Origin: Fischerella sp. CENA71 | GTDB lineage: Bacteria > Cyanobacteriota > Cyanobacteriia > Cyanobacteriales > Nostocaceae | DNA: 48,000 nucleotides | Direction of reading: 5' to 3' | NCBI GenBank assembly: GCA_024239075.1 | Contig: JANBVI010000072.1 | Span: forward strand, 16,622 to 64,621 | Part shown: in pieces, positions 35,186-44,701 of the stretch | Numbering within the stretch: the stretch's first letter is position 1 | Layout of the letters: every line of letters begins with the position of its first letter | Notes under the pieces: model-generated | The model's input: the letters and a program-made list of their open reading frames with translations, nothing else | Told to the model about the DNA's origin: nothing | Database searches by the model: none | Position numbers and translations under genes: made by a program

Positions 35186-36550
35186 ATGCGACTTCTGATC
35201 TTCAGCAAAACTAAAAAGCCTACCCCTTGGTTAATAGGACTAGTAACGGTTGGATTATTGGGAACCACTACTACAGCTTACCTGCTAGGCCAAAGGAACA
35301 CTCTCAAAGCAAATAACAGCAACCTAACAGTGGCGGTGGAATCTAAAGACTTGAGGGTTCAAATTAAAGCAAATGGTACTTTACAACCAATCCGAAAAAT
35401 TAATCTGAGTCCCAAAGACTCAGGACAGATAGCTAAATTATATGTAGACGAAGGTGACAAGGTAAAACAGGGTCAATTGATAGCCCGGATGGACAGTGAG
35501 CAATTTCAAGCTCAAGTTGATCAATACAAAGCAGCAGTTGCTAAAGCGACTGCTGATCTTGCCCAAAAGCGGACTGGTAACCGTCCACAAGAAATTGCCA
35601 AAGCTCAAGCTGAAGTTACTAAAAACCAAGCTCAAGTTACCGAAGCTCGTTCTCGGTTAGCGCTAGCGAGTCTACAAGTCAGACGCAAGCAATCTCCAAC
35701 ACAACAGGGTGCGATTTCCAGAGATGAATTAGACAAGGCTTTGACTGAAGAACGCAACGCTAGAGATAACCTTAAACAAACAGAAGCCAACTTAACAGTA
35801 GCAACACAGGAACTAACGTTGCAACGTCAAGGTTATCGTCAAGAAGAAATTGCTCAAGCAGAAGCGGAAGTTGCACAAACGAAGGCACAACTACAGTATT
35901 ATGAAACCCAGTTAAAAAATACTTTGATTCGCGCTCCTTTTGCTGGGACAATTACACGTCGATTTGCCCAAGAAGGCGATTTTGTGACCCCAACAACTTC
36001 AGCCTCAGCAAGCGACGGCGCTACTTCAACTTCCGTTGCTGAACTATCAAGTGGCTTGGAAGTGGAAGCGAAAGTGCCAGAAGCTAGCATGTCTCGTATT
36101 AAACTAGGTCAAGATGTAGAAATTCGCTCTGATACATATCCTGATGATATCTTTGAGGGTAATGTTCGATTAATTGCACCCACAGCAATACAGGAGAGCC
36201 AACAAAACCATAATGCAACGTCTAATGTAACATCTTTTCGAGTCAAGGTGATCTTACGGACAGGTAAAGATAAGCTGAAATCAGGCATGAATGTTAAATT
36301 ATCTTTCAAGGGTGACTCACTGCACAATGTCTTGGTTGTTCCCCTTGCTGCAATTATTACCAAAAAAGACGGTCAAACTGGTGTTTTGGTGTTTGATGAA
36401 AATAACCAAGCCAAATTCCGTCCTGTCAGCGTTGGCTTTACAAGTGGCGATAAAATTCAAATCATCAACGGTGTTTCTAAAGGTGAACGAATTCTGATGA
36501 ATCCTCCTGATTCTCAATCGATTCCAGGCGTTGATACGTTGGGATTGTAG
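35186..36550 (+). CDS. Periplasmic adaptor (membrane fusion protein), DevB/MacA-like
   Basis: 454 aa. N-terminal TM (WLIGLVTVGLLGTTTTAYLL), biotinyl/lipoyl-like hairpin (GQIAKLYVDEGDKVKQGQLIARMD), a long coiled coil, and beta-barrel motifs (IRAPFAGTIT). Confidence 0.85.
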   Translation: MRLLIFSKTKKPTPWLIGLVTVGLLGTTTTAYLLGQRNTLKANNSNLTVAVESKDLRVQIKANGTLQPIRKINLSPKDSGQIAKLYVDEGDKVKQGQLIARMDSEQFQAQVDQYKAAVAKATADLAQKRTGNRPQEIAKAQAEVTKNQAQVTEARSRLALASLQVRRKQSPTQQGAISRDELDKALTEERNARDNLKQTEANLTVATQELTLQRQGYRQEEIAQAEAEVAQTKAQLQYYETQLKNTLIRAPFAGTITRRFAQEGDFVTPTTSASASDGATSTSVAELSSGLEVEAKVPEASMSRIKLGQDVEIRSDTYPDDIFEGNVRLIAPTAIQESQQNHNATSNVTSFRVKVILRTGKDKLKSGMNVKLSFKGDSLHNVLVVPLAAIITKKDGQTGVLVFDENNQAKFRPVSVGFTSGDKIQIINGVSKGERILMNPPDSQSIPGVDTLGL

Positions 36551-36637
36551 TTAATTGACAGCATTGCAGATGTGCATTTCTTACTCACAATCTAAATTTC
36601 ATAATCCAAAATCTAAACTAAAATCCAAAATCGGCAG

Positions 36638-37843
36638 ATGGATATTGTTGAAAGCATCAAGATGGCGGTTACGACTCTCAACGCTAACAAGCTACGCAGT
36701 AGCCTCACTATGTTGGGAATAATTATCGGTAACGCCTCAGTGATTGCCATGGTTGGGATTGGCAAAGGAGCGCAAGATTACACACTAAAACAGATGGAGT
36801 CTTTTGGAGGAAATACTCTATTTGTATATCAAAGTAGTGAAGATTCTGAAGGGTTTACTACTCCAGAACCAACATTGGTATTGTCAGATGCTGAGGCGAT
36901 CGCAGCTCAAGCACCAGACGTAAAAGCAGTAGCTCCTGTAATTGAATCAAAATTATTAATTCAATACCGTACAAGAAGTTCATTTACCTCAGTTAAGGGA
37001 GTAACTACAGAATTACTTGAAGTTAAAAATTTAGCTGTCGTTCGTGGTAGATTTTTAGACCTAAATCAACAGCGTCAGAATGCCCAAGTTGTTGTCCTGG
37101 GAGCAGAAACAGCAAACAAGATATTTAGTCATGAAGACCCTCTGGGTCATGAGGTGCAGATCAACAACATGAGTTTTCAAGTAATCGGAGTCATGGCAGT
37201 TAAAGGCTCGTTTGCAGGAGAAAACGAAGACGATGTTGCTTATGTGCCAATCACCACGATGGCAAACCAGATTACTGGCAGAAAGTCTCCCTACGGTATC
37301 CCCATTGACTCACTCCAAGTTTCTGCAAAGGATAGATTGAGTATTAGAGCGGCAGCTTTTCAAATTAACAACTTGTTAACTAGGCTACATGGTAATAAAG
37401 ATTTTATTGTGGTATCTGATAAGTCTTTTCTAAATCTTGTCAGTCAAATTGCCGGAATGCTGACACTGATGCTGGCTGCGATCGCCAGTATTTCTCTGTT
37501 AGTAGGCGGTATTGGTGTGATGAACATTATGCTTGTTTCTGTCACAGAACGTACCCAAGAAATCGGTCTACGAAAGGCTATTGGGGCGACACAGCAAGCT
37601 ATCCTATCTCAGTTCATGATTGAAGCGATAATACTGTCAGTTGCTGGCGGTTTGGTAGGTACTGGTGTTGGCATCGGTGGTACTCTTCTAGTAGGAGTAC
37701 TTACTCCTTTAAAACCCAGTATTCCATTTGTAGCGATCGCTCTTGCTGTTGGTGTCTCCGGAGGTATCGGTTTATTTTTTGGCGTCGTTCCTGCACGTCG
37801 TGCTGCCCAACTTGATCCAATCGTGGCACTTAGAAGTGCTTAA
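36638..37843 (+). CDS. ABC transporter permease, DevC/MacB-type (MacB periplasmic core domain + FtsX), no fused ATPase
   Basis: 401 aa. LRSSLTMLGIIIGNASVIAMV (TM1), a large periplasmic domain, and a C-terminal FtsX region with VGGIGVMNIMLVSVTERTQEIGLRKAIGA. It has no Walker motifs. Confidence 0.85.
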   Translation: MDIVESIKMAVTTLNANKLRSSLTMLGIIIGNASVIAMVGIGKGAQDYTLKQMESFGGNTLFVYQSSEDSEGFTTPEPTLVLSDAEAIAAQAPDVKAVAPVIESKLLIQYRTRSSFTSVKGVTTELLEVKNLAVVRGRFLDLNQQRQNAQVVVLGAETANKIFSHEDPLGHEVQINNMSFQVIGVMAVKGSFAGENEDDVAYVPITTMANQITGRKSPYGIPIDSLQVSAKDRLSIRAAAFQINNLLTRLHGNKDFIVVSDKSFLNLVSQIAGMLTLMLAAIASISLLVGGIGVMNIMLVSVTERTQEIGLRKAIGATQQAILSQFMIEAIILSVAGGLVGTGVGIGGTLLVGVLTPLKPSIPFVAIALAVGVSGGIGLFFGVVPARRAAQLDPIVALRSA

Positions 37844-37955
37844 TCCTCTCTGATGCTTTCTCGATAGACTTATCGCAAGCTAGGTAGAGAATGACCCTGA
37901 CGTAACCCTCTTCTGAACCCGTGACAGGTTAAGAAAAAATACATTTTGTCAATCA

Positions 37956-38023
37956 GCTAAAATAACCGGAGTTCGGGATAAGGAAAGGGACAGGTAGTAA
38001 GCTGAAAATAACCGGAGTTCGGG
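37956..38023. repeat. Two copies of a ~22-nt direct repeat (GCTrAAAATAACCGGAGTTCGGG) in the convergent intergenic spacer
   Basis: gctaaaataaccggagttcggg (37956-37977) and gctgaaaataaccggagttcggg (38001-38023), period about 45 nt. Confidence 0.6.
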
Positions 38024-38034
38024 TTAAGATTATC

Positions 38035-39579
38035 CTAACCTCTCACCTGCTCTGAAACCCGATAACCAGCTTTAATCAAATCGGCTGCCTTTTCGCCAAT
38101 CATAATTGTGGGTGCATTAGTATTTCCCGTAGTAATACTTGGCATAATTGATGCATCTACGACACGCAAGCCCTCAACTCCATGTACCCGCAGTTCAGGA
38201 TCTACCACAGAATTAGCATCTGTTCCCATTTTGCAAGTGCCGACTGGATGCCATATAGCATCACACGTTTCTCGGACGTAAGCTTTAAGTGCTTCATCAC
38301 TAGTTACATCAACACCGGGCGCAACTTCCTCACCTCGGAAATCATCAAATACACTTGAGTTAAACAACTGTCGAATAATTTTGATTCCCGCAACCAACTT
38401 TTGCAAATCGGATTCACTTTGGAGATAATTCATCCGTATTACAACTGGGTCATGGGGTGAAGCAGAACGCAGGGTGAGACTACCACGGCTTTGGGGATTA
38501 GTCACACAGGCAGTAGCTGCGAATCCTGGGCCTTCACGGGCATAGCTAGGATGCGTCCACAAAACAGGGCCAGAGAAAAGCTGCAAATCTGGCGCAACAT
38601 CTAAACGACCTTCAGTATGCAAGAATAATCCAGCTTCGGCAATATTGCTAGTTGGGGCAGGTTGTAAATCCTGAGTTGTTTGGTGTGCAACGGCGACTTG
38701 AATATGATCTTGGAGGTTTTGACCGACACCTGGCAGATCAACAACTACAGGAATGTCTAGCGATCGCAGATGTTCTGCATTGCCAATCCCAGAGAGCATC
38801 AGTAGTTTGGGCGAATCAAACGCGCCAGCACTTAAGATTACTTCCTGATTTACAAAGGTTTGGTGTATCGTTCCCTGGTGCAGATATTCCACTCCCATAA
38901 TGCGTGTTCCCTCAAACAATAACCGAGTAACTAACGCACCAGTGGTAACTGTTAAGTTGGGGCGATCCAAAATAGGTACTAAAAATGCTGCTGCTGTACT
39001 GTGCCGCTTACCATCTTTGATAGTCAACTGATAAAATCCGACTCCCTCTTGTTGTGCGCCATTAAAATCAGGATTGCGATCGTAACCAAGTGCAACTGCT
39101 GCGTCTACAAATCGATGTGATGTTATGGCAGGTGCTAGGGGATCTGTGACATTCAGCAATCCATCAGCTCCATGAAATTCAGATGCGCCACGCTGCTGGT
39201 TTTCAGATTTATTGAAATATGGCAACACATCTTGATAACTCCAACCAGGATTGCCTAACTCTTGCCAATGGCCATAATCATGCCGATTGCCTCGAATATA
39301 AATCATGGCGTTGATTGAACTGGTGCCGCCTAAAACTTTACCACGCGGACAATAGATTTTACGGTTATTGATATACGGTTCTTCTTCGGTAAAATATGCC
39401 CAGTCCGCCTCAGTACCCCAGAGTTTTACCCAGTCTAAAGGGACTTGATGTTCCGGCCTAGTAGGCGGATTTCCTGCTTCCAGCAATAATACAGTCGTTT
39501 CATCATCTTCTGTTAGGCGGTTAGCGACGACACAACCTGCTGAACCTGCACCAATCACAATATAATCGTATTCAATCAT
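38035..39579 (-). CDS. GMC-family FAD oxidoreductase (choline/alcohol dehydrogenase-like), paralogue B
   Basis: 514 aa. [22 protein letters not shown] (FAD GxGxxG), [18 protein letters not shown] (GMC signature), and C-terminal IWHPVGTCKMG active-site His region. Confidence 0.9.
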   Translation of the reverse strand: MIEYDYIVIGAGSAGCVVANRLTEDDETTVLLLEAGNPPTRPEHQVPLDWVKLWGTEADWAYFTEEEPYINNRKIYCPRGKVLGGTSSINAMIYIRGNRHDYGHWQELGNPGWSYQDVLPYFNKSENQQRGASEFHGADGLLNVTDPLAPAITSHRFVDAAVALGYDRNPDFNGAQQEGVGFYQLTIKDGKRHSTAAAFLVPILDRPNLTVTTGALVTRLLFEGTRIMGVEYLHQGTIHQTFVNQEVILSAGAFDSPKLLMLSGIGNAEHLRSLDIPVVVDLPGVGQNLQDHIQVAVAHQTTQDLQPAPTSNIAEAGLFLHTEGRLDVAPDLQLFSGPVLWTHPSYAREGPGFAATACVTNPQSRGSLTLRSASPHDPVVIRMNYLQSESDLQKLVAGIKIIRQLFNSSVFDDFRGEEVAPGVDVTSDEALKAYVRETCDAIWHPVGTCKMGTDANSVVDPELRVHGVEGLRVVDASIMPSITTGNTNAPTIMIGEKAADLIKAGYRVSEQVRG

Positions 39580-39684
39580 GTTTTTTTATAATTTTGCTTG
39601 CTACCGTTGTTAAGCGTGAATCAGGAATAAATGGGAATTAATGAATGATCCATCGTTGAAAAACTGCTGAGACATTCGCTGATA

Positions 39685-41244
39685 TTAGGCGATCGCAGTT
39701 TTTAAAGTCGCTTGCTGGGGAACCCGCCCTGCTGCTTTAATCAGATCGGCTGCCTTTTCGCCAATCATGATTGTGGGTGCGTTAGTATTTCCCGTAGTAA
39801 TACTTGGCATAATTGATGCATCTACGACACGTAATCCCTCAACACCATGTACCCGTAGTTCTGGGTCTACTACTGAATTGAGGTCAATGCCCATCTTACA
39901 AGTGCCGACAATGTGATAATCGGTATCACATCCTTTGCGGATATAATCTCGGATTGCTTCGTCGCTAGTTGCGTCCGCACCGGGAGCTACTTCCTCACCC
40001 CGAAACTCATCAAATGCGCTGGCATGAGCAAGCTGACGCGCAATTTTAATTCCTTCTATCAAAACTTGCATATCTGCCTCACTTTCGAGAAAGTTCATGC
40101 GGATAACGGGTGCGTCTAGCGCAGAAGAAGAACGCAGACTGACACTACCACGGCTATGAGGATGGGTAATAGAAGGTGCAAAGGTAAATCCTGGACCAGA
40201 GCGAGCAAATTCAGGCTGTACCCAGATGACTGGCCCGAAGTGAAACTGTAAATTCGGTACTAAACTCGAAGGATTCTCAGTGTTCACAAACAAAGTTGCT
40301 TCGGCAATATTACATGTTGGAGCAATCTTAATATCCTGAGTTGCTTGGTATGCCACATGGACTTGCGGATGATCTTGGAGATTCTGACCAACACCAGGTA
40401 AATCAACCACAACAGGAATGTTAAGCGATCGCAGATGTTCTGCATTGCCAATTCCGGAGAGCATCAGCAACTTGGGTGAATCGAACGCACCAGCAGAAAG
40501 TATGACTTCCTGATTTACGCGAACTTGGTGCAGCGTTCCGTTGTGCAGATACTCCACCCCAACTGTGCGTGTTCCCTCAAATAATAAACGAGTCGCGATC
40601 GCACCAGTAGTGACGGTCAAATTGGGACGATGGAGAATAGGCACCAAAAAAGCTGCTGCGGTACTATGCCGCTTGCCGTCTTTAATGTTGACTTGGGGCA
40701 GTCCTACGCCCAGCTGATCCGCACCATTGAAATCGGGATTATGTTTGTAACCCATTGCCACGGCAGCTTCTATCAAGCGTTCAGACACCACACTTGGAGC
40801 CACGGGATCGGTTACACTCAACAGTCCACCGACAGAGTGAAATTCGTTTGCTCCACGCTGCTGATTTTCTGATTTCTTGAAGTAGGGCAATACATCCTCA
40901 TAGCTCCAGCCTGGATTGCCTAGTGCTTGCCAATGGTCATAGTCGCGGCGATTGCCCCGCATATATACCATTGCGTTGATCGAACTGGTACCACCTAGAA
41001 CTTTACCACGTGGAGAAAAGAGCTTACGTCCGTTGAGGTGCGGTTCTGGTTCTGTGAAATATGCCCAATCTATTTCGCTACCTATTAAGTTTGGGAACTC
41101 TACAGGGACATGGATTTCTGGTTTAGTATCGGGGCCACCAGCTTCCAATAACAGTACCGTTGTTTCAGGGTCTTCTGTTAAACGGTTGGCGACAACACAA
41201 CCAGCAGAACCTGCACCAATCACAATATAATCGTATTCAATCAT
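39685..41244 (-). CDS. GMC-family FAD oxidoreductase, paralogue A
   Basis: 519 aa, collinear with paralogue B. The N-terminal 25 aa and about 49 C-terminal aa ([49 protein letters not shown]) are identical. Confidence 0.9.
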   Translation of the reverse strand: MIEYDYIVIGAGSAGCVVANRLTEDPETTVLLLEAGGPDTKPEIHVPVEFPNLIGSEIDWAYFTEPEPHLNGRKLFSPRGKVLGGTSSINAMVYMRGNRRDYDHWQALGNPGWSYEDVLPYFKKSENQQRGANEFHSVGGLLSVTDPVAPSVVSERLIEAAVAMGYKHNPDFNGADQLGVGLPQVNIKDGKRHSTAAAFLVPILHRPNLTVTTGAIATRLLFEGTRTVGVEYLHNGTLHQVRVNQEVILSAGAFDSPKLLMLSGIGNAEHLRSLNIPVVVDLPGVGQNLQDHPQVHVAYQATQDIKIAPTCNIAEATLFVNTENPSSLVPNLQFHFGPVIWVQPEFARSGPGFTFAPSITHPHSRGSVSLRSSSALDAPVIRMNFLESEADMQVLIEGIKIARQLAHASAFDEFRGEEVAPGADATSDEAIRDYIRKGCDTDYHIVGTCKMGIDLNSVVDPELRVHGVEGLRVVDASIMPSITTGNTNAPTIMIGEKAADLIKAAGRVPQQATLKTAIA

Positions 41245-41299
41245 AATATTTTTCTGTAATTGATTAATCAGAGTCAGGAATGAACGGGAATTTATGGGT

Positions 41300-42025
41300 T
41301 TAAAAGCGATCGCTAAAAAACTTCTGATTCATTCGCTCATAGTGCTGGCACAAATTCGACAGCTGCAAAACATAGTTAACAATCGGGCTTTTATAAGGTG
41401 GCTTGATGAAATTACCTACATATGCATAGGCAGTTGCATCTAAAGTTGTGGGTTCCTCTCCCATAAAAAATAGTTTATCTGCCAAAAAATCTGAAAGTGC
41501 TTGAAAATCAGCACAAATAATCTGGACAATTTCTTCATCAGTGTGACGACCCATCCCATGAGCATACAACTGAGAGAGAATATTTTCGTGAAACCCTTTC
41601 ATAAACGGTTCCCATTCTGCGATCGGAGCATCAGGAAAGAGGATATTTGCAATCACTTCTCGATAGTGTTGCCAGTTTTCCTGCATTTTGTAGCGAATGT
41701 AAACTCCTCCCCAATAAGTATTTTCTTTGAGCATCCGGCGAAAAGCCCGGGAAATGGCTCGTTCAGCAGAAGTTAAGTTTGCATCAAGATCGATCCCTTC
41801 TTTTTCCTTCAGCATTTCGATGATTAAAGTGGAATCGCCGACAACTTTTCCTTGATGCTCAATAAACGGAACCTTACCCTTTGGTGCTGCTGCAAACTCT
41901 TGGACTGTAGGAATCTCAGCTTTATAAGGAAGCTTTGCCATCCGCAGCCAAGTTTCCAGTTTCATACAGGGTGGGCTAATACTTGGTAGTCCCCATAAAG
42001 ACGGTGCGCTGTATAAAGTAATCAT
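41300..42025 (-). CDS. Glutathione S-transferase-like protein (thioredoxin-fold N domain + helical C domain; FAX/metaxin-like class)
   Basis: 241 aa. MITLYSAPSLWGLPSISPPCMKLETWLRMAKLPYK...KGKVPFIEHQGKVVGDSTLI (GST N-terminal fold with cis-Pro VPF), then a helical C-terminal domain. The subclass assignment is from recollection. Confidence 0.6.
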   Translation of the reverse strand: MITLYSAPSLWGLPSISPPCMKLETWLRMAKLPYKAEIPTVQEFAAAPKGKVPFIEHQGKVVGDSTLIIEMLKEKEGIDLDANLTSAERAISRAFRRMLKENTYWGGVYIRYKMQENWQHYREVIANILFPDAPIAEWEPFMKGFHENILSQLYAHGMGRHTDEEIVQIICADFQALSDFLADKLFFMGEEPTTLDATAYAYVGNFIKPPYKSPIVNYVLQLSNLCQHYERMNQKFFSDRF

Positions 42026-42101
42026 CATGAATGTTAATTTAGTTAAATCTTCTAATTTTTACTCTTTGTACAACTAATTTGCGTAATAATTCCGGAAATA
42101 T

Positions 42102-43370
42102 TTAATTTTCAATCAGACAAAGTTGATTTACTTGACTATTAGCCTCAACAGTAGCTTTCTTTTGTGCCAAATATTCCTTGACGCTTTCAGCATCAAAAAA
42201 CCACGGAGATAAGCTGGGTGGATGATTAAGACCGTTTAAGTAATCTTTGGTAACTTCTGGATTTTCACTCATTGCCACCATAATATCTTGCAAATAATCT
42301 GGGGGCGTTAACAAGCAATCAGTAAAAGCATGGGTGTAGCGAGCATAATTCCAAAACTCATCAAATACCCTTTGCATCCATGACTGATCAAAGTGTTGGT
42401 TCCCATGCTCAATAATTCGTTGCTTCACTAGATGAGCCATTTTTGTAGCGTTATTTGCTCCCTGTCCGGTGATGGGATCGTGGAGGATGACTGCATCACC
42501 TATACCCATTACAGTTGCACCTGATGGTAAACGTCCAATTGGCTGGCGCACTGTTGGTGTAATTGCACCATTTAACCATGCTTGCTCATCTGCCAATTCC
42601 ATATCTTTAACAACTTCGTAATCCCAAGGTTTGAACTGCTGAATTACTTTTTTGATCTTCTCTAGTAGTTCTTGACTGTTTTGGATTTGAGAAAATTGAT
42701 CCATAACTGTGCCAAAACAGGCTTCAATGGCTATTGCGTGAGCAGGGATTTTATCTTTTGCGTAGAAAGGAATCTGAATTATTTCGCCGACATCAGGTAT
42801 AACAGACATCTTACTGGTACGCAAATCAACTGCATCTCCGTGTAATCCTGTGGCAATTACTGTTGCTATGTGGCGCTTCGGCTTGTCATGTTTGGATTTT
42901 TGTGTGTCTCGCTCAAACAAAGTTGAAAAGGAGCCTCTACCAGTAGAAACTACTACTAAGTCGTAATTATGTACACATGCTTCTAAGTCTTGGAGCGCCA
43001 TCGCTTGAATTACAAGTTCACCGCCTCTTTTGACAAACTCATGCATCCAAGTGAAGAACTTAAGGCGCTGATCTACAGCTTGCCAAGGCTTTTCTAAGGG
43101 AGAAGATACAGTTAAGACAAGGTTTGCTTCTGTGTCGCAGACTTCGCTGCAAAATTGATCGCTACCAGGAAATTCCTCATTCCAAAAATTCAGTCTTTGT
43201 TCAAGTTGCAATGCATCTGGAAATAATATTGGCGTTCCCATTGGTCTACCATTGAGAATCGCTTCTGGTGTGCGATCGCTAAACAAAGTTACTGCATAAC
43301 CTGCATCAACTAGACTAATACCCAAGTGCAAGCCTGCTTGTCCTGCTCCTATAATCGCAATTCGTCGCAT
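42102..43370 (-). CDS. FAD-dependent monooxygenase of the styrene/indole monooxygenase (StyA) family
   Basis: 422 aa. RIAIIGAGQAGLHLGISL, YDLVVVSTGR, GEIIQIPF and GIGDAVILHDPITGQGANNA parallel StyA blocks (IGIVGAGTAGLHLGLFL, YDLLVVCTGK, GELIEIP, GLGDIQATVDPVLGQGANMA) as I recall them. Confidence 0.65.
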   Translation of the reverse strand: MRRIAIIGAGQAGLHLGISLVDAGYAVTLFSDRTPEAILNGRPMGTPILFPDALQLEQRLNFWNEEFPGSDQFCSEVCDTEANLVLTVSSPLEKPWQAVDQRLKFFTWMHEFVKRGGELVIQAMALQDLEACVHNYDLVVVSTGRGSFSTLFERDTQKSKHDKPKRHIATVIATGLHGDAVDLRTSKMSVIPDVGEIIQIPFYAKDKIPAHAIAIEACFGTVMDQFSQIQNSQELLEKIKKVIQQFKPWDYEVVKDMELADEQAWLNGAITPTVRQPIGRLPSGATVMGIGDAVILHDPITGQGANNATKMAHLVKQRIIEHGNQHFDQSWMQRVFDEFWNYARYTHAFTDCLLTPPDYLQDIMVAMSENPEVTKDYLNGLNHPPSLSPWFFDAESVKEYLAQKKATVEANSQVNQLCLIEN

Positions 43371-43478
43371 ATTACATTTCCTAAATACTATGTGTAATTG
43401 ATTGTTGTGTATTATTTTTTGGAAACTTGACTATTTATATACTTATCGGTGAAGTTCACTGGTTCTTACGCAATAGCT

Positions 43479-43955
43479 TTAAACCTGAGCTATTTGGATT
43501 GCCTGACCAAACACCTGTTCTACAATCTGAGGTTGGATAGACTGCAAATATTGAGTCGCGAGTTCTGGGGGCAAAAACTCTAACATCAACCAGTTCTCTA
43601 GCCAAAACTCGATCACTTTGAAGACACCGCGATCGCAAAGTGAAACTTGCCAACCCTCTCGCCTGCCGATTTGCTCAAGCTGCTGCTGAGTTGCAGGGAC
43701 AGAGATAGCGGCATGGGTGACAACAAAATTAGACGAACTAGGCATTTGGATCACTTTGCTCGGTTCGGTTTCTGACGGTGGAACCAGCACACATCCCAAG
43801 GGAAAAACTTCAATTCCAGTGCCATAGTCATCAAAGGGAGTCACCAAATAACTACCGGGATATGGGAAATTAAAAACCTTACCGTGACAAATTTCCGCTA
43901 GGACACTAGCAACGTGAAGTGGGTTTTGAGCAGAAATAGAAAAGTGATGAATCAT
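43479..43955 (-). CDS. Small conserved protein, possibly VOC (glyoxalase/bleomycin-resistance fold) family
   Basis: 158 aa. N-terminal IHHFSISAQNP and later THAAISV resemble the paired beta-alpha-beta-beta-beta metal-binding strands of VOC proteins. This assignment is weak. Confidence 0.35.
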   Translation of the reverse strand: MIHHFSISAQNPLHVASVLAEICHGKVFNFPYPGSYLVTPFDDYGTGIEVFPLGCVLVPPSETEPSKVIQMPSSSNFVVTHAAISVPATQQQLEQIGRREGWQVSLCDRGVFKVIEFWLENWLMLEFLPPELATQYLQSIQPQIVEQVFGQAIQIAQV

Positions 43956-44014
43956 CAAAATAACTCCATTAATAAAGATGAATTCACATAGTTAAACAAT
44001 GCTGATGCTGTTTT

Positions 44015-44105
44015 ATCTACTTCAACTAACACCAGATTTTTTAGCTAGTATCCTCTGTGAAAAGTTAATTTTGGTTAATTTCCAATGAGCTTTGTTGAAG
44101 TAGAT
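44015..44105. promoter_or_regulatory. 12-bp perfect inverted repeat flanking 67 nt, upstream of the minus-strand redox operon
   Basis: ATCTACTTCAAC (44015-44026) and GTTGAAGTAGAT (44094-44105). The near arm (44015-44026) lies about 60 nt, and the far arm about 140-150 nt, upstream (minus sense) of the VOC-like start codon. Confidence 0.35.
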
Positions 44106-44701
44106 ATCTCAGGAAAAATTTTTGATTCTTTGTTTGATGGCGATCGCGAGTTAGTAATAATCTGGCTCTGTTTTGTACTTTCATTTTTAGACTCCTTATA
44201 AAATTTGGGGTTTTCCTTGTCTTGATAGGTCTAATTTATCGAAAACAGATATTTACCTACATCGAATAAATGTAATGTTCATACCATTACATTTGTCATG
44301 GCTTAATGTCAGGATAAGAGCGTGTCTCAAATAAATATGCTTCGACAACAAAGAAATAAAGTCTTGCAAATAAACCGAAAGTTGAACCTATACCACTAAT
44401 ATGCCCAATATGATAATCTACTGTTGAGACGATAAGTTGTATCACAGTATGGGTGGGCGGTTTGAAGGATTAAGTGACTGATTAAGTACTTTGCTGCAAA
44501 AGAGAATCAAGATTTAGGAGTGGTTAAAGCGCTGCGAAAGCCAGCCTCCAAGATGGATTTGTCTCCTTTTCCTGCACCCTCGCAGACATTTGTGCCATTA
44601 CCTTAACCTCTCACCGATGGCTTCTCCCTATTGTATGCAGCTTCATATTAAATTGGTATTAGAGCATTACACATCTCGTGGGTTAATAGGCAAAAAGTAT
44701 A

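Noticed and set aside
43456-43653. 65-aa minus-strand ORF overlapping the 3' end of the VOC-like gene
   Set aside because: It is out of frame within the longer 158-aa ORF and has Arg/Ser-rich low-information composition.
44300-44700. A GC-richer patch (~44440-44640) in the spacer, examined for a tRNA, riboswitch or small ORF
   Set aside because: I could not identify a cloverleaf, T-loop consensus or known riboswitch core. Only ORFs of 24 aa or less, without SD, are present.
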